Below the pieces are notes generated by a model. It made no database searches and was not told the DNA's origin. It was given only the letters and a program-made list of their open reading frames with translations. This document shows positions 25,453 to 36,975 of a stretch of 64,000 nt of DNA, in pieces. How positions within the stretch are numbered: the first letter of the stretch is position 1; each line of letters starts with the position of its first letter. Origin of the DNA: Lama guanicoe (lineage: Eukaryota); contig MU056050.1 in assembly GCA_013239625.1 (NCBI GenBank), forward strand, positions 4,264,084-4,328,083. Reading direction: 5' to 3'. A program made the position numbers and the translations under genes.

Positions 25453-26036
25453 TGTAGGGCTATTAATGGGCGTAATATCAATACTGATGTGTCTCAGGGA
25501 ATAGACAGGCCCAAAAGGAAGGAGACAGATGGAAACAGCGGGTGGATGGAGCAATCAGAACACACATAACATTTACTGATTAAATTCCATGTCTTCTATG
25601 GGCAGGGTTTGTGGTGCCTCCCCAAATTTATAATAGTAACATCAAAGATCACTAATCACAGATCACTATAACAAATAAAATAATGAAAAAGTTCGAAATA
25701 TTGTGAGAATTACCAAAATGTGACAGAGATGTGAAGTGCACAAATGCTGTTGGAAAAATAGCGTCAATAGACTTGCTTGATGCAAGGTTGCCAGAAACCT
25801 TCCATTTGTTAAAAAACAAACAAACAAACAAAAAACACTATCTGCAAAAATCAATAAAGCAGAGTATTCCTGTACTCATTGTGTTTAATCCAGTCCAGTA
25901 TTGAATCTCTAATTCCATCTTATGGGAAAATGATTGTTTCTATCTTTTCAGCCTTCTTGAGGTAGCTGTTCACAACCTCATGTCCCTGGGAACTTTGTAA
26001 TTTGAATATTGTTAGCAAAATATTCAAAACTCTTAA

Positions 26037-26532
26037 GGGACTTGCCAGATGCAGAGACTGATCCAGGGTCCTTTGCCTGGATCACAGCTTTCTAATTGAC
26101 CCAGAACTGGAGGATGGCCTGGTTTGCCCCAGGTGGGCCAGAGAGGCTCAGATTTCACCAGGATTGTGAGCGAAGGCCTCAAGTTCAGGCCTCCAGGCTG
26201 CAGCATCAGGCCAAGTCTGTTGGCTCTGTGAGCAGGCCTCCCCAAGGCCAAGACTTTGTTATGGCCATGGCAGGCTGGATCCCCGGGGCTGAGTGCTGCT
26301 GGATGAGGCCCCGCAGCAGTGGAGCTTTATGGTCCTGTGTCGCCAGTGCAACACAAGTTCTCTTGGTGCCCCATGGAAGTGACTACTGGGATCTTGAAGT
26401 TGTCATCAACAATGTTGAAAGCAAACTACTTGGAACCCTAGACCAAGTGCTGATCCACATTCTGCTCTGATACATGGGGCTGTGAAGGAACTATTTTTAA
26501 AAAAAAAATATATATATATATGTTGAATATAT
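26037..26532 (+). pseudogene. Putative processed retrocopy of an unidentified cellular transcript
   Basis: GC-rich ~460-bp block in AT-rich flanks, followed by A10 (26499-26508) and (TA)n. Bounded by 17-bp direct repeats atattcaaaactcttaa (26020-26036) / atattcgaaattcttaa (26533-26549), 15/17 identical. No TE match recognised and no parent gene recognised. Confidence 0.6.
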
Positions 26533-26631
26533 ATATTCGAAATTCTTAATGGAAGTTCAGAGAACCTGGAGACTTCTGAACAGCAAAATTTAAATGGGAG
26601 AAGACTAGTTCTTTAAATATTTTAAAGTGTT

Positions 26632-26772
26632 GGGGGAAGGTATAGCTCAGTGGTAGAGCACATGCTTACTGAACAGTGTCCTGGGTTCAATCCTCAGTAC
26701 CGCCATTAAAAAATACATAAATAAACCTAATTACATCCCCCCAAAAAAGTAAAAAATGAATAAAAATATAAA
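26632..26772 (+). mobile_element. tRNA-Ala-derived SINE, camelid vic-1-like (second copy)
   Basis: 'gggggaaggtatagctcagtggtagagcacatgctta...gtcctgggttcaatcctcagtaccgcca' followed by 'aaataaacctaattacatcccccc' and an A-rich tail. Confidence 0.85.
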
Positions 26773-28094
26773 CCACATGTTCCTGATTATTACAAGGTTA
26801 AAGAGTAACTACTGAAAACATTTTGAACATTGCCTCTCCCTTTCCACATTCTACAGATGGCTTGTAGGGTCCATCAAGTGTTAGGATGAGAAGAGTCTAT
26901 TTTATCTTTCACCATAATTTTGCTTTCCATTTTCTTGTTCTCTCTTCAAATGAGGTACCTTTTGTTACACAGATCACAGTAAATACTTGCAAAACTTGCC
27001 TTGTCTTGAGCAATATGCTGCTTGAGGTTGAAATAGGAGGCTAATCTTGTATAAATATCTGAGTTCCCTTTGGCTTATCCCATATAATTGGAGTATTTAA
27101 GCCTCATCCCCATCTCTTGGTCCTGATACAGTTAAACCTCAAGGAAACTATTCATTCAAAATTAAGTGATTTGAGAAAGAAGGATTCTAATCTTATTTTA
27201 ATTGTATGATGCTTAAAGATGTCAAAGATGGTACTTGAAAGTTTATGTAGGGTGGAAAAGATGGCAGAGACTCTGAATCCCCACACCCATGTTTGATTGA
27301 AAGGAGTTCCAACCTTATGTGCAGGCTGCTATAAATGGTGCCCTGTATGTAGTTAATTACTCGATATATTTTAACTACTAATGTTTCTGCTGCTGTTGCT
27401 ATGTCACTTACAGCCAAAGATTGTGTCAATAATTGCTGACCTGTACTTCATAAATGATTTTCAGTGTTCAAAGTCATATTCCCAGGACCTAGTACAGCCT
27501 GCTTGACACATAGTTGGTGCTCAGTGTCAATTGAATGGATGAATGTGTCTTTTGTTACCTGACACACAGGATAGGAAAATGTGGAAAATTCATTGGAAAC
27601 TAGTCCCCACTTCTGAAAAATCAATTCATAGAATTATAGAGTCATTATGTATTCTTTTTCTCTCCAGGGAAACATTGAACCTTCTCAAAATTCTTTCTAT
27701 ATTTGTTTCCTGGGTGATTGCCAAGGGATAATTTCTAATACTGTAGTAGTCTTATAAGGACTTGGTATAAGGACCAGCAAAATGTTCATTAATGATGAAT
27801 ATTAGAGTCTGTTTCACAGCAGAATGATAAAATTTTAATCACTTATGAGATGTGAACATATATATAGTGGAGAGTCAGGACATGTAATGATGGTTAAAAT
27901 ACTATACATATTTATTTCAACAAATTTTTTGATATATGAGAGTAATTGTGTTATGTGCTTAAAAATGTAAGGCTACATAAGACATCACTTTTGTTATCAA
28001 GGAATATATAAGATGGAGAAACACATAATAATTAAAAGTAAAGATTTTACTGAAATGAGGTATGGATATACATATACAAAACAAACATGTATCA

Positions 28095-28555
28095 CTGATT
28101 AAACAAACATTTATCGCCATGTTCTAGCACCTGACTGCATAGAACTGAAAGTCAAATGGGTGTCAGACAAGTAAATAGACAATTTTAGTAGAGCCTAATG
28201 ATCTTTTTGTAACACAGGAGCATAAGATTCTATGGGAACACAGAGAAAGGAATGAACAGCAGCCCAGTTTCTAGAGGTGCCTCTAGAGCTGAGGTTTCAA
28301 GGAAGAATAAGAACAGGAAGATCAGCGAAGGTGTTACAGGTAGAAATAAACATATTGTGTGAGGTTTTGAAGATTTGCTACCTCGAACTGCATGTACAAA
28401 GGTAAATATGACTGGAATGAGGGTGGATATAGGTAAGAGGTAGAGATAATAAAGGCAGAGTAGTGCCCAATAATGAAGAACTTTGTATTCTAAACTAAAG
28501 AGTTTGCATTTTATTACCGAGATAATGGGAAAGTCATTGAAGATTTTTCTGACAG
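28095..28555 (-). mobile_element. L2 3' region
   Basis: 'attaaacaaacatttatc...cagacaagtaaatagacaattt...ctatgggaacacagagaaagg...agagtttgcattttattacc gagataatgggaaagtcattgaagattttt'. Confidence 0.65.
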
Positions 28556-28959
28556 CAAATGTATGCAAATTTATCACAAACATTCAAACAATACAGTAAT
28601 GTACAAAGTAAAAAGTGAGTACTTTCAGTTTCATAAGTATATTCATATGACTGATGAGTGTGCCTTTAATGACATTTAAATTGTCTTATAAAATTAAAAT
28701 AGTTTTTTTACTTTATATAAAAAATGTAAAGTATAGGGAAGAATTTAAATAAGAAGTAAAAATCCATTCTACTGTGCAGACCTCTACCTCCAAGTCCACT
28801 TGATAGGGACAAAATTGTTAATAATTTCTGACTTTTAATACTTTTGAACTTTCCATTTTAACTGCATATAATATGCCTATAAATCCATTTCTTACTGAAT
28901 CTCCACTAAAAATATGAGGTATAATGATGCTATAAATGGAGAAAATTGTCAGATTACCT

Positions 28960-29460
28960 ATCCTCTAATAAAAAAGTCAGCCGAAATAGCTTCCCATAGT
29001 GAATTCTATTAACACTATAAGCAAAAGATAATTCCAGTGTTATTAAACTGTCTCAAAAAAGTAAAGTGAAAAGAAAAGCTTCCACATTTTTTTCTTCTTT
29101 TAAACAACACACATTAATGCTTGAAAATTCACAAAGAGAGCTTGGTAAAAACAAACAAATAAGCAAACTACACCCTAATAGCACATGGAACTACATTCAA
29201 TATCTTGTAATAACCTATAATGGAAAAGAATCTGAAGCTGTACACCTGAAACTAACACAGTATTGTAAATCAACTATAGTTAAATAAATATAATTAAATT
29301 AAAAAACAAAAACTACAGTTTCATCTGACTTATGAATTCTGAAGCAAAAGCATTAACTAAAAATCTTAAGCATAGTATGAATTAGTCATAGAATTCAGGG
29401 TACAATTTAGGAATGCAAGGATGGTTTGGTATAAGGAAATACCTAAAGTAGTTTACTATA
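28960..29460 (+). mobile_element. Old L1M ORF2 (RT) fragment, interrupted by a younger L1 tail
   Basis: 'gtgaattctattaacactataagcaaaagataattccagtgttattaaact', 'cttatgaattctgaagcaaaagcattaactaaaaatcttaagc', 'ggaatgcaaggatggtttggtataaggaaat'. Confidence 0.6.
29173..29309 (+). mobile_element. Short artiodactyl-type L1 3' end
   Basis: 'atagcacatggaactacattcaatatcttgtaataacctataatggaaaagaatctgaagctgtacacctgaaactaacacagtattgtaaatcaactata' plus A-rich tail. Candidate TSD aaactaca at 29165-29172 / 29310-29317. Confidence 0.85.
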
Positions 29461-29919
29461 AATGGTATATAGAGAATGGTAATTGAAGAGTGGTTGGAGC
29501 CTAGACTTCACTGAGAGATTGAAGATGACAAAGTTGGCAAGAGAGATTGGGAAATGGATCATGAAACTTTATATATAGTGCCAAAAATATCTGTGATTCT
29601 ACCCAATAGGAGAAGCAGAATTAAACAATATTTTTTTCATCTTTTATGCAAGGAAAGTAGTAAAAATTCTATTTAGTTTGATTAGAGAGTTATTCCCATA
29701 GTTCAGTTTTTATAAGCAGCTAAATATTATTAGTGGCATATATATTAATATATATAATACGTGGATAGACTAAAATATATATTGTATCCAGGATATATTT
29801 TAAAATGTTTTCTGCAATAAATCACATAACTAATTATTTCTTACTTGGATTAATAGCATATTTTATATAACATATAAATATGAATAAATAAGTATTGTCA
29901 TATAAGTATAAAATTAACA

Positions 29920-30140
29920 TGTAATAATAGCTAACATTTATTGTGTTCCCTATGTGCCAGGAAAAATGTACACATGTATATACATACATAAGTCTATATG
30001 TTTAAATAAATATATACATATAACAGAACCTCACAACACTCTGAATTAGTTGCATTTTCCTCATATTAAAGATAAAGAAACACTCACAGAAGTGAGTCTG
30101 ATACTAAAATCTGTGTGTTCAATCCACCACATCCTGTTAT
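29920..30140 (-). mobile_element. MIR SINE
   Basis: 'taataatagctaacatttattgtgttccctatgtgccagg...aacctcacaacactctga...tttcctcatattaaagataaagaaac'. Confidence 0.7.
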
Positions 30141-32379
30141 CTCTGTGTAGTACATGATGGAAAAACAATGTGTAAGAACTTTCTCATGAACCAGAATCTT
30201 TGAACAAGGGTGAAAAATTGCCCAGAAATATGAGCAAAATGAAACCCATCTGCAAATAATCTACATATTCAAAAACTATCAATCCAATCTAAAGAATAAA
30301 TACTAGTTAGGCTTAAACAACAGAAAAAATAGCAAATAACTTTTTTAGACTTTTTACTCAAAGCAGATCATTGGTTTTGAATTAACCTTTAGATGTAAAA
30401 TAGTTCTAACATGAAAAATTTTGGAATGTGAAGTTCTATGTTTGTTCCCAGGGACTGTACACGTCGCTCTTTTATATTTGAAAACAAACTTCTACAAGTG
30501 TGTCTTGAGCTTCACCCATAGTTCAAGAATATGAGCCGGACCATGAGCAAGCCTTACACTAAGTAGAGACCAGTGAAGGAGGACAGTGTAGCTGAAGTAA
30601 CTTCTAGCATAGACTATTCAGTATCAAACTGTAGTTTCAGGCAGTAGTGAACATGGGAGCAGAATAACGCATACCTCATTAGGGAGGCTTGCAAATAAAT
30701 AACCAAAAAAACCCTTCTACTTGTAATAATCTGTGCTTCTGTATAACCAGTCTAATTTTAGTTTTGTTGGAGAGGCTGAGAGAGCCTATTAGACCCAAAA
30801 GTATTAACTAACACTGGTACCCTAAGGCAAGAAGCATTGTCAAATTAAATGTGCTAATAAAAAAGCAGCCCTCTTACATACATTAATGATAACTATTAGC
30901 AGAATCAAGGTAGAGCTACTTAATTAGCTTTTGAATTTAAAGCATAAACTGAAAAATAAGTATGGATTTAAAAAACGTGTTTGATGCCAGCTAAGGATGG
31001 CATAAATTTTAAACTGATAACACATTTTGTACATGTGTTCCGTGTACACACATGTGCACGTGTGTGTATTTGTGTGCATGCATCTCTTTTCTTGAAAAGT
31101 TTGGTTTAAAAGAGAAGTGCCAAAATCCCTCTCAACATTCTATGTGTTGAATCCCAGGATTCATTCTATACTCACTATCTGATGAGATTTGACAGCACAA
31201 AATTCAGTTGCAAAGCCACATATAATGCAAGCAGGCTGTAGCATTGCACTATCTTGCTGGAGGCTAATCACTTTCTAATGAGTTTAGTGAAAAGTACCTA
31301 TGCAATAAGTTGTAGTTGACAGCAGCCCAAGGGAACCTCTAAGTGCTAAAAATTAGCAGCTGAGAGATGTTGGATTGCATCCTTTTGAAGATAGAAAACA
31401 GATTCCTTTCTAAAATACAAGCAGTTTAAATTCGACATAAATCAAACAGATGGTAAAAGAAATATCTTGTTGCTATGGGCTTTATCCTGTTTTTGTTCTC
31501 GCTGTTTTATGAAGTAAAAGAAGAAGAAAAGTCAGGCTTCTAGTGTTCTAGTTTGAGGAAACAATATCTTAACAGCACAGAGAAAATGATTTTTTTTTCT
31601 GTGATACTGTATATTTGACAGTTCATGAAAAAATGTACACCAAGTTGTATTTAAAGAAAATGGTGAACAGGCATTGAACAGTCAGCTTGCTTTTAAATGA
31701 TTCACTTTCTTTTTAGATTTTTGGATATTAAATAATCAATCTGGACTGGAGAAATTATAATAAAACTCAATCACTGCTATTTATAAGACTGTTGCAGAAC
31801 TGGGTTGCTCTAAAGACCACTGTGCATCAGAAGAAGTATAATTTGCCTGCAAAAAAGGTACAGCATAAGATATAAAGAAAGAAGGTTATGGTACTGCTTG
31901 GTAGGAAGAAATCTATAAAACAATGTTGTACCTTTCTAACTTGGCACTAGAAATGACAGAGAACAAAACAGAAAAGAGATATATTTGACACAGTGCCATG
32001 AAATGCATTTGACACAGTGCCACAAAAAACATTTCTGAACTTCAGTAAATTTCCTTAAATCAAAGGGCACCCACTGTATCAGGGTTTTATAGAGGTGAAA
32101 TAATCAACAGTATGACAGTCATAATTGACAGATGCAGTCTCTAAACTACTTGTGCTTCTATAGTAAGCACTTGTATTGAAATGATATATTGAGTTAAGTA
32201 TCATACGAAGTTCCACAGATGTGCCAGGTAGGAGATGTAATTTTACAATGGGATTTGACAGTACCACCTATAGTTGCTGAGAGGTGACTGAGGAGAACAC
32301 GATGGAGTGGTGCAAACTGCTAAGTCTTCACAGAATCTCTGTGGTTTCAGTAGGGATTTGAGGCTAGGGTAGAAGTAAA

Positions 32380-32770
32380 ATAAGCAGAGAGAACAGAGCA
32401 AAGCATCCCTGCAAAGCAGGGCGATGTAAAGAAGATTTGGACCAGATTGTGGGAGAACCTAAATGTGAAACTGAGGAATTGCAGGTTTATTTGTTAGGCA
32501 GTTAGAGGGCCATTGAAAGATTTAAACAAAGGGTAATGTGTACAAAATGGTGTTTCATGATTTACTGGTCAGCAAAGAAGGAAAGACTGAAGGCAAGGAA
32601 ACTAGTTAAGAGATCACGACAACTATCCAGGGAAGCAGTGATGGAGGTCTGAACAAGCGTTGTGTTGGGAGAATGAAGGGAGAGGCTATTACAAAAGAAA
32701 AAGAATGCACTGGATTTGGTGACGGATGAGATGCAAGGGAGACAGGGGTGAATCAACGTTTGTGATAAGC
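32380..32770 (-). mobile_element. L2 fragment
   Basis: 'gggaccagattgtgggagaacctaaatgtgaaactgaggaattg...gggccattgaaagatttaaacaaagg...gactgaaggcaaggaaactagttaagag...ggatttggtgacggatgagatg'. Confidence 0.7.
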
Positions 32771-34519
32771 AGGGTAATGAATTTCATAAGCAGGTTGTCT
32801 TTAGGTCACTCCAGAAAGAAAAGAATCAAGAATGATTTGAAGATGTAAGTCTGCGGATGGAGAAAAAAATAATTTCGTTAAAAAATACATATGTCTAAAG
32901 GGGAAAGATTTTGAAGACACAATTAAATTCATTCTATTTTCATTCTGCAGAGGTTTTGTGAAATGTCTTTGGTATCATGATGATACTTTTATAATATTAA
33001 ATGTAGTTCAGCTTATGGTTTAGTATTTCATGTTCTTGGCATGCACGTAACATATTTGACCAAATTTATTTGTTATCGGGTACTGAAATCATGTAGCTAC
33101 AGCCTTAGTTGTTAAATCTGATCTTGATAACTAACCATTTAAAATTCAGAATAATATGTACACTTAGAAGATAATAAATGGTACATAGGCTATCCTGTCA
33201 AGGTTTGATGTTGTGAGGAACATTTTCTTGTGTGTCACTAGTAAACCTAATCTACACCTCTTCTGTTATCAAATGGAAGCAAACCAAACCACTGTGATTA
33301 CAAACTGGCATCAGTAACACACTGTATTTTAGTGAATCAAAATTATTTTGTTAAATATCAAGCTGAAGCAGTTACTCATAGAAATCAAATCAGTGTTTTT
33401 TAAAATTATAGAAAACGTTTAGAGAGAAGAAATCACTTACATGGTCTAATGTATTTTTACTGACAGGAAATACACATTCAAATCAACACGCCTGGCTTCT
33501 ATACTCATCTCCTGAGAAAACATAGATTCATGTTTCAATTTGCTTCCACCTGTTCTTGTTAGGTAGCAGCAGGCCACGAGTGAACCCCTAGAACTGCAGT
33601 GAGTGGAGTGAGTGTTTTCATGTCAAAAGTTCAAGTAGAGCTGTTTCCATTTAAAAGAAAGTCAAAACATTATGGCTCACTTTAGTCTCTCTTAGATACT
33701 GTTGGGCAGTATGTTTCTAACTCCATTTTATTACCTTGCTACTTCTCTTTACTTCTATCCATGAATTGAAAATATAATCTTAAGTGCCCTTATAGGAGTT
33801 TCAGTTCCCCAAAACTGATGCATCTTTATAGCTAAATACTCTGACACTGTTTCTCTCTAAAACCGGCTTTTCAATAAAGGTATTATTTTATTTTAAAAGT
33901 GAAGAAGCAACCATATCATATCTTCATTGAAAAATGTACTTTTTATTCTTTGATTGAGGTTGGTGTACCCATGTTCTGTTGTGTCTTCTTATCTAAAACT
34001 ATCCTCACTAAAGAATCAGATCAAGTTATGTATACTAAGGTGTAAAGATCAAAAGAATATGATAAAATACACATTTATTCAACTACATTGTTAAAATTTA
34101 ATAATGGTAACTATTATGACCAACTGTGGTTCAGGCACTGTGAGAAACACTTTATACATGATCTTTTTCGGTACAATTATTCCACAAAGTGTGTATATAT
34201 ATATATATATATACATACACGTTTATATGTGTATTTAGAAGATCCTTGCTAGCCAGACATTGATCATGTTACTCCTGGTAGTTATAAAGTTTCTTGAGAA
34301 GCAAACACAATCAACATGCAAAATGATTCACTAATAAACCAACTATATAAAATTAATGCCCTCTTATTTATTCCATCATGGTAAATACTAGTTTCCCTCT
34401 CTTTCCACTGTATCCTAGTCATAATCCAGTATTTTAATGCAGATATATTCAAGTTCATCATGAAATTAATAAAAATGATACTGGAAATTACATGTGAAAC
34501 CAATGAGAGATGGAAATCC

Positions 34520-35051
34520 TGCAGAGACAGGCCAGTTAGTATTTGAATAAGAGAACGTTGATGGGAATGAGTCCCTCAGAAAACTGAGAAAGGAATACAC
34601 ATGTGGGTAAAGCTGTCATAATGTCAGTTTAGAGGAAAAACTCCACCAGTGATTCGCAGTCCTCTGAAGAGGGGAACTGGTGACTGGGAGAAGGGGAAGC
34701 AGGTGGGATGAGGCTGGTTCTGTACATATTAGAAAAATGAGACACTGGATTCAAATGTTACAGTGGAAAAGACCTGCTACTTCCAGGGTGTAGAAGCTTG
34801 CTGGGGAGAGGTATGGGACCCAAGGGAAAAGGAAATCACCATGAAACCAACAGAGATTAGCCAGGGAGGAGTATGTCTCTTCCTTCTCTTCCAGCCTTGC
34901 AGTCCGCGAGTCACGCCCCATATTGACAGAACTGAACACACAGCCACGCTGGCAAAGCAGAAATGTGGTTTGCAGAGACCTGGCGCCTGCATCACAAAGG
35001 GTAGAGAAGGGTGATTCGAAGCTGAGAGACAGTAGCTTAAGAACTGGCACC
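34520..35051 (-). mobile_element. ERVL solo LTR, LTR41-like
   Basis: Reverse strand begins 'gtgccagttcttaagctactgtctctcagcttcgaatcacccttctctaccctttgtgatgcaggcgccaggtctctgcaaaccacatttctgctttgccagc', matching the LTR41 5' end. Left boundary approximate. Confidence 0.75.
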
Positions 35052-36559
35052 ATCCACCTTTTAGCTACTCAGCATCCATAGACACTTTTCTACACGTATT
35101 TGAACTTCTATAGAGTAAAAACAACTCTGTTTCCAGCCCTAACATGATGAAACTGCCCCTCATGACATCAAAAACCTTCCCATAGTCCCACTCCAAGTGA
35201 GGGAACAAGAAGTAGCAGCAGCCATTGCATCCAACTTTGGGAAATGGCTGCACTATTCATCTCTGGCATAACTGCCTAAGAGAACACTGCTGGTGATGGT
35301 GGTTGCAGGATTTGAAACCCAAATTGTCTATCTCATAATCTACAGCTTTTTCCAATGCACCAAACTATCTCCCAATGCTGAAGTCCTAGGTCAGACCAGC
35401 ATAGACACCGCTTCAGTGTAATCTGAGGTGGTTACACCTAAACAACATAAACAATTATGACTGATTTTAAAACAATAATCTGGGGGAAATCAGCAGAATA
35501 ATCCAATTCTGACTGAAGTTTTCTCTTAGCAGATCTGGTAACAATTAAATTTTGAGAAGGAAACATCATAACAAAAAGGTCTTGCCTTATTACCTAAAAT
35601 GTTGGAATAATCCTCCCTTCTCCAGTTCTTCACCACATTACTCAAATATTTAATCTAGTTATTACTTCTGACTGTTCACATTGATCTTGTCCACTAAATC
35701 AGCCATAACATTGGAGAGCAAGAGAGAGCAAGTCTGACTCAGTTTGGAAACATTCACACCCAGGAGAGACAGATTAGTATATGGCTTCTGTCATTCAGCA
35801 CCATGACAATACATTTGTTGTTGGAATACTTGGAAGAAATTTAAAAATTTTATGTTTCCTATATGATAATAAAAAAAATTATGGCCCACTGCTGCTGATG
35901 AGATTTTCCACCTTCAGCCAGCTGTGTGCAAATGAAAAATTTTAACTCACACAGTTCAGCCTATGTTTCTTTTTCCTTGTAAGCAGGCAAGAAACACAAA
36001 AATCACAATTTAACCACGCTTATGAAAAATTGTTGTTGACTTTTTTTATCGGATGAAAAGTGTATACATTTTCTCTAGTGATCAGGAAACACAATAAGAG
36101 GGTCCTATGTGTTGGAAAGTTAGACTTATGTTTGTACAAGGTTTGATACTCTAATTATTTTACTGAAAGTAAGGTTTAAAGGCTAAGATAAATGTTTGAA
36201 GAAGGTGAGAAAAAGAGCATAAAGAATGGAGAACGGGAGGCGGAAGTTAAAGTCACTGTGTGTGATTGGCTGGCTGTGTTTTGCTGTAATAAGTATTTAT
36301 GGGGTCCCACATCACTGATGTGGGCTTTCCTGTTTGGGATTATCATCAATGTTAAAGGAATCTCAACTCATATTTTCTTTTAAGAATGTTTTTCTGCAAG
36401 GACATGTTTTATTGTTTCTAATTTATTTGAAAGACCTTGTCTGGCATTATAACAACTTTATCCACATGTTTATGTCTTTACTGTGACTGTCTACTTTTTC
36501 CTGTTTTATCTTCTGTTATAATTAAGCAATGTTTTAGGTTACGTTATGTTTTATTTTTC

Positions 36560-36745
36560 CTATGAAAAGTACCTGTCGTGTAGTAGGTGCTTATTACATA
36601 ATTTGTGAATGAATGAAAGAGTGAGTGAATGGTGAAGGACAGAATTGACAACCTCCTTGAAAGTGGGACTGCTTTATTTATCCATGTATCCTTGAGTTTA
36701 GCACAGTGTCTATCACACAATAGGTGCTCAGTTAAATGAATGGCA
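36560..36745 (+). mobile_element. Two tandem L2 3' ends
   Basis: 'gtagtaggtgcttattacataatttgtgaatgaatgaa' and 'ttagcacagtgtctatcacacaataggtgctcagttaaatgaatg'. Confidence 0.6.
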
Positions 36746-36784
36746 GTGAGGATTGGATTTAAGGGATAATTATGAAGAAAAAGC

Positions 36785-36975
36785 CAGCATGATGCATTGA
36801 AAAGAATACAGATTTGGAACTCAGGAGTTTTACAAAATAGTTCTACCAGACTGTGTAATTTTAAATAAGTTGTTTTAGTTACCTTTAGCTTCTTTCTATT
36901 AATGACAAGAATATATTTTTCGGAGGGTTGTTGAGGGTTAAATGATAATGAACATAAAATACCTAATAGAATTCT
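36785..36975 (+). mobile_element. MIR SINE
   Basis: 'ttctaccagactgtgtaattttaaataagttgttttag...ggagggttgttgagggttaaatgataatgaacataaaatacct'. Confidence 0.6.

Larger units (their letters stand above)
23260..25872 (-). mobile_element. Full-length Tigger1 (TcMar-Tigger/pogo-like) DNA transposon, inactivated
   Basis: TIRs 'caggcatacct' at 23260 and degenerate 'gagtattcctg' ending 25872, each flanked by TA (23258-59, 25873-74). Minus-strand ORF fragments match Tigger1 transposase: [65 protein letters not shown]. Confidence 0.95.

Noticed and set aside
26096..26470. 124-aa ORF as an intact novel gene
   Set aside because: It starts at TTG, has no promoter or splice evidence and sits in a TSD-flanked insert. 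It is treated as a retrocopy.
31983..32022. Direct repeat atttgacacagtgcca x2, 24-bp period (also 15-bp duplication near 4484-4515)
   Set aside because: Only two units with an 8-bp gap; a simple slippage duplication, not CRISPR-like or a TSD-flanked element.
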